In this document: piece by piece, positions 9,339 to 17,563 of the stretch
Position numbering within the stretch: the stretch's first letter is position 1
How the letters are laid out: every line of letters begins with the position of its first letter
From: Bacteroidota bacterium
Lineage (GTDB): Bacteria > Bacteroidota > Bacteroidia > AKYH767-A > OLB10
Direction of reading: 5' to 3'
Assembly: GCA_016721435.1 (NCBI GenBank)
Contig: JADKIC010000002.1
Location: forward strand, 193,212 to 257,211
DNA length: 64,000 nucleotides
The notes under the pieces: generated by a model
What the model was told of the DNA's origin: nothing
The model's database searches: none
The model's input: the letters and a program-made list of their open reading frames with translations, nothing else
Position numbers and translations under genes: made by a program

Positions 9339-9729
9339 GTTTGATGTCTTTGATTAACGGACCCATGCTGCAGTTGCCGGTAAAGCTCGCGCCTACTTCT
9401 ACAACGAGTTTCCCGGTAAGAATATCGCCATTGATACGAGCCTGTGATTTTAAAAATAGCATCTCAGCCACCGTGGTATTGCCTTTTACAGCACCTGAAA
9501 TATCAGCATTTTGGCAGATGACATCTCCTTCCACTTGTCCTGTACTACCTATCACCACCTTCGACTTAGAACTAACTGATCCTCTTATGGTTCCGTCAAT
9601 TCTGACATCGCCATTGGACTTAATTTCGCCTTCGATGACGGTACCTGCACCAATGATGTTAATAGCGCCATTTCCGTTCGTATCTGCCGGACGGGTGATT
9701 ACCCCTTTGTTTTTCAGTTGTTGGAACAT
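9295..9729 (-). CDS. Bactofilin (CcmA-like polymer-forming cytoskeletal protein)
   Basis: Repetitive beta-helix pattern IIGAGTVIEGEIKSNGDVRIDGTIRGSV...VVIGSTGQVEGDV typical of the bactofilin domain. Confidence 0.85.
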   Translation of the reverse strand: MFQQLKNKGVITRPADTNGNGAINIIGAGTVIEGEIKSNGDVRIDGTIRGSVSSKSKVVIGSTGQVEGDVICQNADISGAVKGNTTVAEMLFLKSQARINGDILTGKLVVEVGASFTGNCSMGPLIKDIKHGERSAPKLAEKTA

Positions 9730-9945
9730 GGTAATGAGTGGGTTATACTGTTACAATTGAAGAACGGCAAATATAGGAAATAATTGAAAATTATTAACAA
9801 TGGGATGTTGATTTGTGGGTAACGCTCATTTCAGGGGATCGTTCGCTTCGCTCACTGGGGAATCGTTCGCTGCGTCTTATCAAGTTCGCTCAAGAACCTT
9901 TGATCAAAAAAGTTCTGAACCGTAGGGTGACTTTTCCAATTATAG

Positions 9946-9962
9946 TTCGTATATTTGCGAAT
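9946..9962 (+). promoter_or_regulatory. 17-bp element TTCGTATATTTGCGAAT (a TTCG-N8-CGAA dyad containing a TATATTTG -7 box), 19 nt upstream of the arsR-like start. Repeated at 10318-10334.
   Basis: Identical 17-mer read at both sites. TAnnTTTG matches the Bacteroidetes -7 promoter consensus. Confidence 0.6.
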
Positions 9963-9980
9963 AGATAAACGAATAAGGTA

Positions 9981-10280
9981 TGCCGGGAACAAAGGAAAAA
10001 TTCACACAAAATCAGGAATTGATTGCCAGGTTTGCTAATGCATTGGGAAACCCTGTTCGGGTAACTATTTTACAATTATTATAAAAGCAAAGTTGTTGTT
10101 ATCACGGGGACATGGCAGAAGAACTTCCCATCGCGAAAAGCACTTTATCTCAACATTTAAAAGTTTTGTTAGATGCAGGATTAATCCAAGGGGAAATTAT
10201 TCCGCCTAAAACAAAATATTGTATTAATCGGGAGAATTGGAACTTAGCCAAGGGTTTAATGATGGGATTTTTTGACTAAA
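9981..10280 (+). pseudogene. ArsR/SmtB-family HTH regulator interrupted by an in-frame TAA at 10083-10085
   Basis: Translation MPGTKEKFTQNQELIARFANALGNPVRVTILQLL*KQSCCYHGDMAEELPIAKSTLSQHLKVLLDAGLIQGEIIPPKTKYCIN. The LGNPVRVTILQLL...STLSQHLKVL pattern matches the ArsR HTH. The stop falls in the loop preceding the recognition helices. It could be a sequencing error or a true nonsense mutation. Confidence 0.55.
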
Positions 10281-10317
10281 CAAAATGATATACATTGTTC
10301 GTACTATACCGAATTGT

Positions 10318-10334
10318 TCGTATATTTGCGAATG
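10318..10334 (+). promoter_or_regulatory. Second copy of the TTCGTATATTTGCGAAT operator/-7 element, 21 nt upstream of the thioredoxin-like gene
   Basis: Exact repeat of 9946-9962. A partial third copy TTCGTACTATAC lies at 10297-10308. Confidence 0.6.
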
Positions 10335-10354
10335 GAATTATATAAGAAGACCAG

Positions 10355-10590
10355 ATGAAACAAATAAAAGTATTAGGTCCCGGGTGTCCAAAGTGTAAAA
10401 CCACTTACAATAATGTTCTGAAGCCCTCAAACAATCCGGTATTGAGGCGCAGGTCACAAAAGTGGAAGACATAGAGGAAATGATGAAGTACAATGTACTA
10501 TCCACACCGGTATTGATGATTGATGAGGTCATTAAGGTAAAAGGCAGAGTGGCGGATATTAATGAAATCAAACAATTATTAATTGCCTGA
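10355..10590 (+). CDS. Small thioredoxin-fold protein (redox-active disulfide protein 2 / Thioredoxin_3 type, CPKC motif). Apparent 1-nt deletion near 10421-10426.
   Basis: MKQIKVLGPGCPKCKTTYNNVLK then, after a -1 shift, ALKQSGIEAQVTKVEDIEEMMKYNVLSTPVLMIDEVIKVKGRVADINEIKQLLIA. Restoring one G (aagGccctc) gives a contiguous 78-aa protein. Confidence 0.65.
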
Positions 10591-10592
10591 AA

Positions 10593-10973
10593 ATGGAAAA
10601 TCAGACTTTGGTAAAAGAGATTTGTCCAACCACAACCTTGGGTAGACTAAAGGAAGGAGCATTATTAGTGGATGTTCGTGAAAGGGACGAAGTGGCGGCC
10701 TTGGCTTACGATGTGCCAAACATTATTAATATCCCCTTAAGTGAATTTGAAGAACGTTATAATGAAGTTCCAAAAGACAAAGATGTAATAATGGTCTGCA
10801 AAGGAGGGGGTAGAAGTTTGAGAGCCGCAGGTTTTTTAATTAATCATGGTTACACGAACGTAATTAATATGCAGCACGGAATTACACGTTGGGTAGAAAA
10901 GGGATTTCCGACGAAAGGAGACGCCTCTTCTATTAAAGGAGGTAGTTCATGTTGTGATACTTCGGGTTGTTAA
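10593..10973 (+). CDS. Single-domain rhodanese-like sulfurtransferase with C-terminal Cys-rich tail
   Basis: Active-site loop VCKGGGRS in a rhodanese fold (LLVDVRERDE...INIPL). C-terminal SSCCDTSGC. Confidence 0.8.
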   Translation: MENQTLVKEICPTTTLGRLKEGALLVDVRERDEVAALAYDVPNIINIPLSEFEERYNEVPKDKDVIMVCKGGGRSLRAAGFLINHGYTNVINMQHGITRWVEKGFPTKGDASSIKGGSSCCDTSGC

Positions 10974-10982
10974 TAATGGTAT

Positions 10983-11960
10983 ATGTTTAACTGGTTACAA
11001 CACTTCACAGACTGGCTGGTTTATTCAATGCTTGGACTAAAAGTTGGTTCAAAAGTGGGAGATGCAGTTAACTTTTTTGTTTTTGATACTATAAAAATTT
11101 TCATTTTATTGGGAGTGGTTACCGTCATCATGGGTATCATAAACTCCTATTTCCCAATTGAGAAAGTCCGGAGTTTTTTAACTAAACGCAAGTGGTATGG
11201 ACTTGATTATTTTCTGGCATCGTTCTTTGGAACCATAACACCGTTCTGTTCCTGCTCCTCAGTGCCCTTATTTATTGGATTCGTAAAGGGTGGTATTCCT
11301 TTAGGCGTAACGTTGGCTTTTTTGATTTCTTCTCCTCTCGTTGATGCGATTTCGGTAGCCATGTTTCTCGGGATGTTTGGATGGAAGACAACTATCATTT
11401 ATGTAGTGAGTGGTATTGTATTGTCCATGATTGCAGGATTTATCCTCGGCAAAATGAAGTTAGAGCATTTGTTGACGGATTGGGTTCAGCAATTGTTGAA
11501 GAATAAACAACTTTCGGACGATACACAGGAAGACGAGCAGTTGAGTTTATTGCAACGTATACCAATAATTTTTAAAGAAGCACTTGGAATTGTTAAAGGG
11601 GTGTCGCTCTATATATTAATTGGTATTGCTATCGGCGGATTAATGCATGGCTTTATTCCGACCGGATTTTTCGAAGCATACATAAGCAAAGAAAACCCTT
11701 TTGCGGTACCTATAGCGGTATTAGTGGGGATTCCGATGTACAGCAATGCAGCAGGTGTTTTACCCATTATGCAGGTGTTGGTTCAAAAGGGGATTCCCAT
11801 CGGAACTGCCATAGCCTTTATGATGGCAGTCGTAGGGTTGTCAGTTCCTGAAGGTTTATTGCTTAAAAAAGTAATGTCGGTGAAAATGCTGATTATTTTT
11901 TTTGCCGTTGTGGCCATTTGTATAATTATTTCCGGCTACTTGTTTAACCTCATATTATAA
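10983..11960 (+). CDS. ArsP-like permease (PF03773 'predicted permease' family, TPFCSCS motif)
   Basis: Eight or so TM segments. The TPFCSCSSVP motif is characteristic of ArsP-type organoarsenical efflux permeases. Co-oriented with the ArsR, thioredoxin and rhodanese genes. Confidence 0.7.
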   Translation: MFNWLQHFTDWLVYSMLGLKVGSKVGDAVNFFVFDTIKIFILLGVVTVIMGIINSYFPIEKVRSFLTKRKWYGLDYFLASFFGTITPFCSCSSVPLFIGFVKGGIPLGVTLAFLISSPLVDAISVAMFLGMFGWKTTIIYVVSGIVLSMIAGFILGKMKLEHLLTDWVQQLLKNKQLSDDTQEDEQLSLLQRIPIIFKEALGIVKGVSLYILIGIAIGGLMHGFIPTGFFEAYISKENPFAVPIAVLVGIPMYSNAAGVLPIMQVLVQKGIPIGTAIAFMMAVVGLSVPEGLLLKKVMSVKMLIIFFAVVAICIIISGYLFNLIL

Positions 11961-11977
11961 AATAAATCATAGATAAA

Positions 11978-12904
11978 ATGAAATTACTCATCTTCACACT
12001 CACCGCTATTGCAGGCATCTTTATCGTGTCTTGTAATTCAACTTCTTCACAAGCTCATTTTAAAAGCGAGAAGGAAAGTGTTACCGTTTCCGAAGCGTCC
12101 GCTATGCTGACAGAAAACACCTTGCTAATAGATGTTCGCGAACCGGAGGAAATAGCGGAACAGTCTTTTGATGTAAAAAATTGTATCCATATACCACTAG
12201 GTACACTTGAAAGTAAAATCAAGAGTATTCCACAGGACAAACAGGTAATTGTAGCTTGTAGGAGTGGAAAAAGAAGTCAGGAGGCCTTTGACCTGTTGAA
12301 AACAAATGGTTTTACAAATATTGCAAATCTGGAAGGAGGAATGAATGCCTGGAGCGAAGCCGGATTACCCACCGCAACAGGTGAAAGAGTTTCAAAAGCC
12401 TGTTGCGCTGATCCTAATTCAAAAGATTGCAATCCGGATGGTACCTGCAAAACTAAATCAGAAGAAAAACCCTGTTGCAGCGAAGAAGATAAATCTGATT
12501 GCGCTCCTGTTAATAGCACTAAAGCTGCAATAGACAAGAGTAATAATCACCTGGAAATATATGCCTTTCATGGAACAAGACAATGTGAAACCTGTAAACA
12601 CATGAAGGCATTCACAAGGCAAACATTAAACACTTACTTTTCTGCACAATTGAAAAGTGGGAGCATTGTGTTTTCCATAATTGATGTGGATGATGAAGCC
12701 AATGAAAAGCTGGCAGAGAAATTTCAGGCTACCGGAACAGCGTTGATGATTAATAATGTGGTCAACGGGAAAGATAATATCATGGACTGGAGTGATTTTG
12801 CCTTCGAAAAAGCAAATGATGAAAGTAAATACATTCCTGAATTGAAAGCAATGATAAATGAAGCCTTGAAAAAGCAAAATGGAAACCTTACATCAGTTAA
12901 TTGA
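11978..12904 (+). CDS. Lipoprotein with N-terminal rhodanese domain (CRSGKRS), Cys-rich linker and C-terminal thioredoxin-like (CETC) domain
   Basis: Lipobox IVSCNS. Rhodanese loop VACRSGKRSQ. Linker CCADPNSKDCNPDGTCKTKSEEKPCCSEEDKSDC. C-terminal domain with a CxxC motif. Confidence 0.6.
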   Translation: MKLLIFTLTAIAGIFIVSCNSTSSQAHFKSEKESVTVSEASAMLTENTLLIDVREPEEIAEQSFDVKNCIHIPLGTLESKIKSIPQDKQVIVACRSGKRSQEAFDLLKTNGFTNIANLEGGMNAWSEAGLPTATGERVSKACCADPNSKDCNPDGTCKTKSEEKPCCSEEDKSDCAPVNSTKAAIDKSNNHLEIYAFHGTRQCETCKHMKAFTRQTLNTYFSAQLKSGSIVFSIIDVDDEANEKLAEKFQATGTALMINNVVNGKDNIMDWSDFAFEKANDESKYIPELKAMINEALKKQNGNLTSVN

Positions 12905-13580
12905 TAGTACAAACATTCCAATTCTTTCCGCGTTATTATTAGGCATTTTAACGGCGATCAGTCCCTGCCCGTTAGCGACGAACATCACAGCCACTGCTTA
13001 TATAGCCAAAACACTTTCCGGGAGAAAGAAAGTGCTTTTAAGCGGATTGCTTTATACGACAGGGTTGGCGTTGTCTTATACCACCATCGCATTAATTATA
13101 ATTTTAGGAGCAAGTAAATTTCATGTAGCTAAGTTCTTTCAGTCCAATGGTGAAAAATTTGTAGGACCAGTTATGGTGATAATAGGTTTGATAATGCTCA
13201 ATATTATCAAATTGAATTTCATGGGCAAAGCAAATTATACGGAGAGGCTGCAGGATAAATTTAAAGATAAAGGACTGCTTGGCTCATTCTTGCTGGGCGC
13301 TCTTTTTGCCATGGCTTTTTGTCCCTATAGTGGAGCCATGTATTTCGGGATCTTAATTCCCATGAGTATTAAAAGCAGTATCGGTTTTTCTTTACCCTTT
13401 TTTATGCTTTGGGAGCAGGTTCACTGGTTTTATTTTTCACAGTCCTGATTGCATTCAGTATGCAAAAAAGTAGGTAAATACTTTAATGCGGTTCAAAGGA
13501 TCGAGAAAGTGATGCGGGTTGTAGCAGGACTTTTATTTGTACTTACCGGTTTATATTACATTTTAATTTATTTAAAACTT
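12879..13580 (+). CDS. DsbD_2-type (cytochrome c biogenesis-like) thiol-disulfide membrane transporter. C-terminus restored across two compensating homopolymer indels (T6 near 13403, A6 near 13461).
   Basis: Conserved ISPCP and MAFCPYSG cysteine motifs in TM helices. After correcting T6 to T7 and A6 to A5 the reading continues ...SLPFFYALGAGSLVLFFTVLIAFSMQKVGKYFNAVQRIEKVMRVVAGLLFVLTGLYYILIYLKL. Confidence 0.55.
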
Positions 13581-13588
13581 ATGGAATA

Positions 13589-14036
13589 ATGACAACTACA
13601 GAAGCCTACTTGCAAACCTGGACAGAAGCCAGAACTCGATTTACAAATCTTCTTAAAGATTTAATAGAGGAAGATTTGATAAAGAAATTAGAAAACACAA
13701 AGAATAGTGCAGGATTTCTCATTCGACACATTGGAGATGTGGAGTTGCTTTTTGCAAAAAATGTTTTTGGCGGCGCAGCTATTAAAGTGCAGGCAAAAAC
13801 AGTAATTGCTCAACACGACACCGGCGAATGGACAAACCTGCAAGAATTATGGAATATCAGCAATATGCTTTGATCATCTCAAAGCAATAATTGAAAAACA
13901 AAATGTAGATGATTGGCAGCAGTCAATAACAACGAAGGAATTTGGTACAAAGACGAAAGCAGAAGCCATCGGAAGAATTATTTCCCATACTGCTTATCAT
14001 GCCGGGCAATTGTCGCTGACCATTAAATACGGTTAA
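13589..14036 (+). CDS. DinB_2/YfiT-like metal-dependent hydrolase-fold protein, split by an apparent frameshift around 13806-13873
   Basis: ORFs 13589-13873 and 13806-14036 overlap in different frames. The C-terminal HTAYHAGQL motif is typical of the DinB_2 family. Confidence 0.55.
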
Positions 14037-14087
14037 ATAAATAACTCCAAATATTTTTTCTTGCAGAGCTAAATATAACGCCGAAAA

Positions 14088-15080
14088 TTACACTTCCGCG
14101 GAAGCGTACCGTTCCCTTATAAATTCTAATGTTTGAAGAATTTCATCGTAACTATTGCTGGTCACCAGTTTCATGCGATGCTCTTTAAAATGATCAAGGC
14201 CTTTGAAATAGTTGGTATAGTGACGGCGCATTTCTACAATGCCCACATAATCGCCTTTCCAGCGAATGGAAAAATCCAAATGGGAGCGACAGGTATCTAC
14301 TCTTTGTGATATGGTAGGCGGGGAAAGATGAGTTCCCTCATCCATAAAATGTTTGATCTCATTAAAGATCCAGGGATAGCCGATACTTGCTCTGCCGATC
14401 ATGACACCATCCACCCCATATCGGTTTTTCATCTCCATAGCTTTCTCCGGCGTATCTACGTCACCGTTACCAAATATGGGAATAGTAATGCGGGGGTTCT
14501 CCTTGATTTTTCCGATGAGTGTCCAATCGGCAGGTCCTTTATAGAGTTGCGCCCGTGTACGGCCATGAATGGTCAGTGCCGCAATGCCAATGTCCTGCAA
14601 TCGTTCCGCAACATCTTCAATGTTCTTCGTACTCTCATCCCAACCCAATCGCGTTTTTACCGTCACAGGGCGGGTGGCAATTTTGACGATTTCTGAAGTC
14701 ATCTCCACCATCTTCGGAATATCCTGCAGCAATGCCGCTCCTGCTCCTCTGCAAGCCACTGCTTTCACCGGACAACCATAATTGATATCAATTAAATCGG
14801 GTTCTGCCTCATCCGCAATTCTCCCCGCCTCACGCATCGAGTCCACATCGGAACCAAACAGTTGTATGCCAATCGGACGTTCGTACTCAAAAATGTCGAG
14901 CTTCATCTTACTCTTCCTCGCCATCCGAATCAATCCCTCACTCGAAATAAACTCCGTATACATCAAATCAGCACCGTGCTGCTTGCACACATACCGAAAC
15001 GGCGGATCACTTACATCTTCCATAGGAGCCAGAAGTAAGGGAAAGTCAGGGAGCGATATGTTACCGATTTTGAGAGTCAA
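14088..15080 (-). CDS. dus: tRNA-dihydrouridine synthase (Dus family). Annotated start is a TTG at 15078-15080.
   Basis: LKIGNISLPDFPLLLAPMEDVSDPPFR and the FMN-binding TIM-barrel motifs of Dus enzymes. The start codon reads TTG. The heptamer repeat array begins immediately upstream. Confidence 0.85.
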   Translation of the reverse strand: MTLKIGNISLPDFPLLLAPMEDVSDPPFRYVCKQHGADLMYTEFISSEGLIRMARKSKMKLDIFEYERPIGIQLFGSDVDSMREAGRIADEAEPDLIDINYGCPVKAVACRGAGAALLQDIPKMVEMTSEIVKIATRPVTVKTRLGWDESTKNIEDVAERLQDIGIAALTIHGRTRAQLYKGPADWTLIGKIKENPRITIPIFGNGDVDTPEKAMEMKNRYGVDGVMIGRASIGYPWIFNEIKHFMDEGTHLSPPTISQRVDTCRSHLDFSIRWKGDYVGIVEMRRHYTNYFKGLDHFKEHRMKLVTSNSYDEILQTLEFIRERYASAEV

Positions 15081-15287
15081 GGTTTGAGGTTTAAGGTTTA
15101 AAGTTCAGGTTCAAGGTTTAAGGTTTAAAGTTCAAGGTTTAAGGTTTAAGGTTTAAAGTTCAAGGTTTAAAGTTCAAGGTTTAAGGTTTAAAGTTCAAGG
15201 TTTAAAGTTCAAGGTTTAAAGTTTAAGGTTTAAGGTTTAAGGTTTAGTAAGGTTTAAGTTTAAGCAGGTTTAAAGTTCAAGGTTTAT
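15081..15287. repeat. About 30 tandem copies of the heptamer AGGTTTA alternating with AAGTTCA (higher-order 14/21-mer), directly abutting the dus start codon
   Basis: ggtttgaggtttaaggtttaaagttcaggttcaaggtttaaggtttaaagttcaaggttta... read directly through about 15287. Confidence 0.9.
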
Positions 15288-15364
15288 TATTCATTTCAGC
15301 TTCAATGTACGAGGAAATGAGCTAAAAGTGATCAGTGTGCAATTAGCAATCATTTTAGCAAGAA

Positions 15365-15415
15365 GCCAGCAGCGAGCAGCGAGCAGCCAAAAGCCGGTAG
15401 CCGGTAGCCGGTAGC
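15365..15415. repeat. Two adjacent micro-arrays: (AGCGAGC)x3 and (GCCGGTA)x3
   Basis: ccagcagcgagcagcgagcagccaaaagccggtagccggtagccggtagc read directly. Confidence 0.7.
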
Positions 15416-15470
15416 AAGGACAAAGTTAAGTCTTATCCAACAAGGTTCTATCATTCGACAAGCGATCACT

Positions 15471-15478
15471 TATATTTG
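15471..15478 (+). promoter_or_regulatory. TATATTTG -7 box (Bacteroidetes sigma-A type), 17 nt upstream of the CPBP protease start
   Basis: cacTTATATTTGcacg read directly. Matches TAnnTTTG. Confidence 0.45.
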
Positions 15479-15494
15479 CACGAAATAAAAACCG

Positions 15495-16436
15495 ATGCAA
15501 ATCCGTGCTTGTCTGGCAGATCGCCCTCCTTACAATAAATTTTTAATCATTGTTGGATTAACATTGGTGGGTGCTGTTCTTTTTACAGCCATTGGTGCTA
15601 CCCTGAGTCAATTGGTATTTGGGGTAGATATGACCGGCGATCCTTCTTTAATTGATCAATATGCTGATCCTCAGGTAGCTAATGCTTTTCGGATGTTTCA
15701 AGGTCTGGCGGCAATAGGAACATTTATTCTGCCGGCCTGGGTAGCTGCCTATCTTTTCAGTAGAGATGAAAAGTCGTATTTGGGATTAAATTCAATACCG
15801 GAGAATTCCTCTTTTGTGATGGTTTTTCTCCTTTTAATTGCTGCCGTTCCCTTTATTAACTGGATGATGCAGGTGAATAGTGAATTGCATCTCCCTGCCT
15901 CCTTGAAGAGTTTGGAAGACTGGATGATTGCTTCAGAGGAACAAGCCGGCAAGATTACAAAACTCCTATTGGGCAGTACTGCTGTCAGTGATCTGTTAAT
16001 CAATCTATTGGTAATTGCTATTATCCCTGCCATAGGGGAGGAGCTCCTGTTTCGCGGAGTAATTCAAAAGCAATTTATTGCGCTGACCGAAAGTAAAGGT
16101 GCCGCCGTTGTTCTCACTTCTCTGTTGTTCTCCGCGCTGCATATGCAATTTTTTGGATTCCTTCCCCGATTTGCATTAGGTGTCTTATTGGGTTTCCTCT
16201 ACGTGTGGAGTGGATCGCTTTGGTTGCCCATAATGGCTCATTTTTTTAATAATGCTACTGCTGTCATCCTGGTATGGCTTGCTGCCCGACAGGGAATTCC
16301 TTTTAATCCTGATACTTTAGGAACAGAGCCCGGACAGGATTTGCTACTTGGGGGCAGTGTGCTCCTCACCTGGATCGGGGTGTGGATGCTTCAACGAAAG
16401 TTGGCGAAAACAAAGCCGGAAGGATTTAACTATTGA
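15495..16436 (+). CDS. CPBP-family intramembrane glutamic endopeptidase (CAAX protease/Abi-like)
   Basis: EELLFRG (motif 1), FSALHMQFF (motif 2) and HFFNN (motif 3) in a polytopic membrane protein. Confidence 0.8.
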   Translation: MQIRACLADRPPYNKFLIIVGLTLVGAVLFTAIGATLSQLVFGVDMTGDPSLIDQYADPQVANAFRMFQGLAAIGTFILPAWVAAYLFSRDEKSYLGLNSIPENSSFVMVFLLLIAAVPFINWMMQVNSELHLPASLKSLEDWMIASEEQAGKITKLLLGSTAVSDLLINLLVIAIIPAIGEELLFRGVIQKQFIALTESKGAAVVLTSLLFSALHMQFFGFLPRFALGVLLGFLYVWSGSLWLPIMAHFFNNATAVILVWLAARQGIPFNPDTLGTEPGQDLLLGGSVLLTWIGVWMLQRKLAKTKPEGFNY

Positions 16437-16660
16437 AATATAGCGTCTGAATGAATAAACCAGTCAGTGAATTAATGTTCATTCCTAACGAATATAACTG
16501 ACCAACATATTCTGACTTTGCTACTGCTATTATTCGTTGTTAAATAGTATAATTTAAATAGCTATACGAAAATCTTTTTTAATATCAAATAGCAATCAGA
16601 AAAAATGTATATTAAAAAATCCTTCTATATTCCGTATCTTTGCAGGAAATTCTCTAAATC

Positions 16661-17500
16661 GTGAAGAAAGCTATGAGAAAAGCCCGTATTTTATTTATAT
16701 CAAGTGAAATTCATCCTTATCTTGAATTAACAGAACAAAGTAAAATTGCCAGATACCTCCCACAGGGGATACAGGAAAGAGGAAAAGAGATTAGAACGTT
16801 CATGCCTCGTTTTGGAAATATCAATGAGCGACGCAATCAGTTACATGAGGTGATCAGACTTTCCGGAATGAACCTGATCATTGATGATAGTGATCATCCA
16901 TTGATAATAAAAGTTGCCTCTATCCAGGCGGCGCGCATGCAGGTGTATTTTATCGATAACGAAGAATATTTCCAACGTAAAACTACCATTCGTGATACAG
17001 ATGGCAGTTTCTATCCGGATAACGACGACCGTTCTATTTTCTTTGGTCGTGGAGTATTGGAAACCGTGAAAAAGCTGGGATGGTCTCCTGACATCATTCA
17101 TTGCCATGGCTGGATGACGGCTTTAGTTCCGTTATTGATTAAAACCAGCTATAAAGAGGATCCGATGTTCCACAATAGTAAAGTTGTTTATTCTTTGTAC
17201 AATGATTCTTTCGAAGAGCCGTTTAATGCCAACTTCGGGAAGAAAATCCTGATGGATGGATTGACCGCAGCAGATGTAAAGGAACTAAATGATCCCAATT
17301 ATGTCAGCTTAACCAGGTTGGCTATGAATTGGTCGGATGCCGTCGTAAAAAGCGCTCCTACCATTCATGAAAAAGTTGAGGTCGACTTCAGGAACTTAAG
17401 CAAACCCACTCTTGATTATAAATCACCGGAAGAATACGTTGAAGCTTACGATAACTTCTATGATGAAGCCGTATTGGAAGCGTCAATTCTTGCAGAATAA
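16661..17500 (+). CDS. Short glycogen/starch-synthase-like protein (GT5 N-terminal catalytic domain only)
   Basis: ILFISSEIHPYLEL...MPRFGNINER...HCHGWMTALVPLL resembles the N-terminal half of GlgA. A TATCTTTG -7 box lies at about 16638-16645. Confidence 0.65.
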   Translation: MKKAMRKARILFISSEIHPYLELTEQSKIARYLPQGIQERGKEIRTFMPRFGNINERRNQLHEVIRLSGMNLIIDDSDHPLIIKVASIQAARMQVYFIDNEEYFQRKTTIRDTDGSFYPDNDDRSIFFGRGVLETVKKLGWSPDIIHCHGWMTALVPLLIKTSYKEDPMFHNSKVVYSLYNDSFEEPFNANFGKKILMDGLTAADVKELNDPNYVSLTRLAMNWSDAVVKSAPTIHEKVEVDFRNLSKPTLDYKSPEEYVEAYDNFYDEAVLEASILAE

Positions 17501-17563
17501 AGGCGTTAAAAGTTCTTTTTCATGCTATATGCAGGGTAATATTTTTCCTTTACCTTCGTCCCC

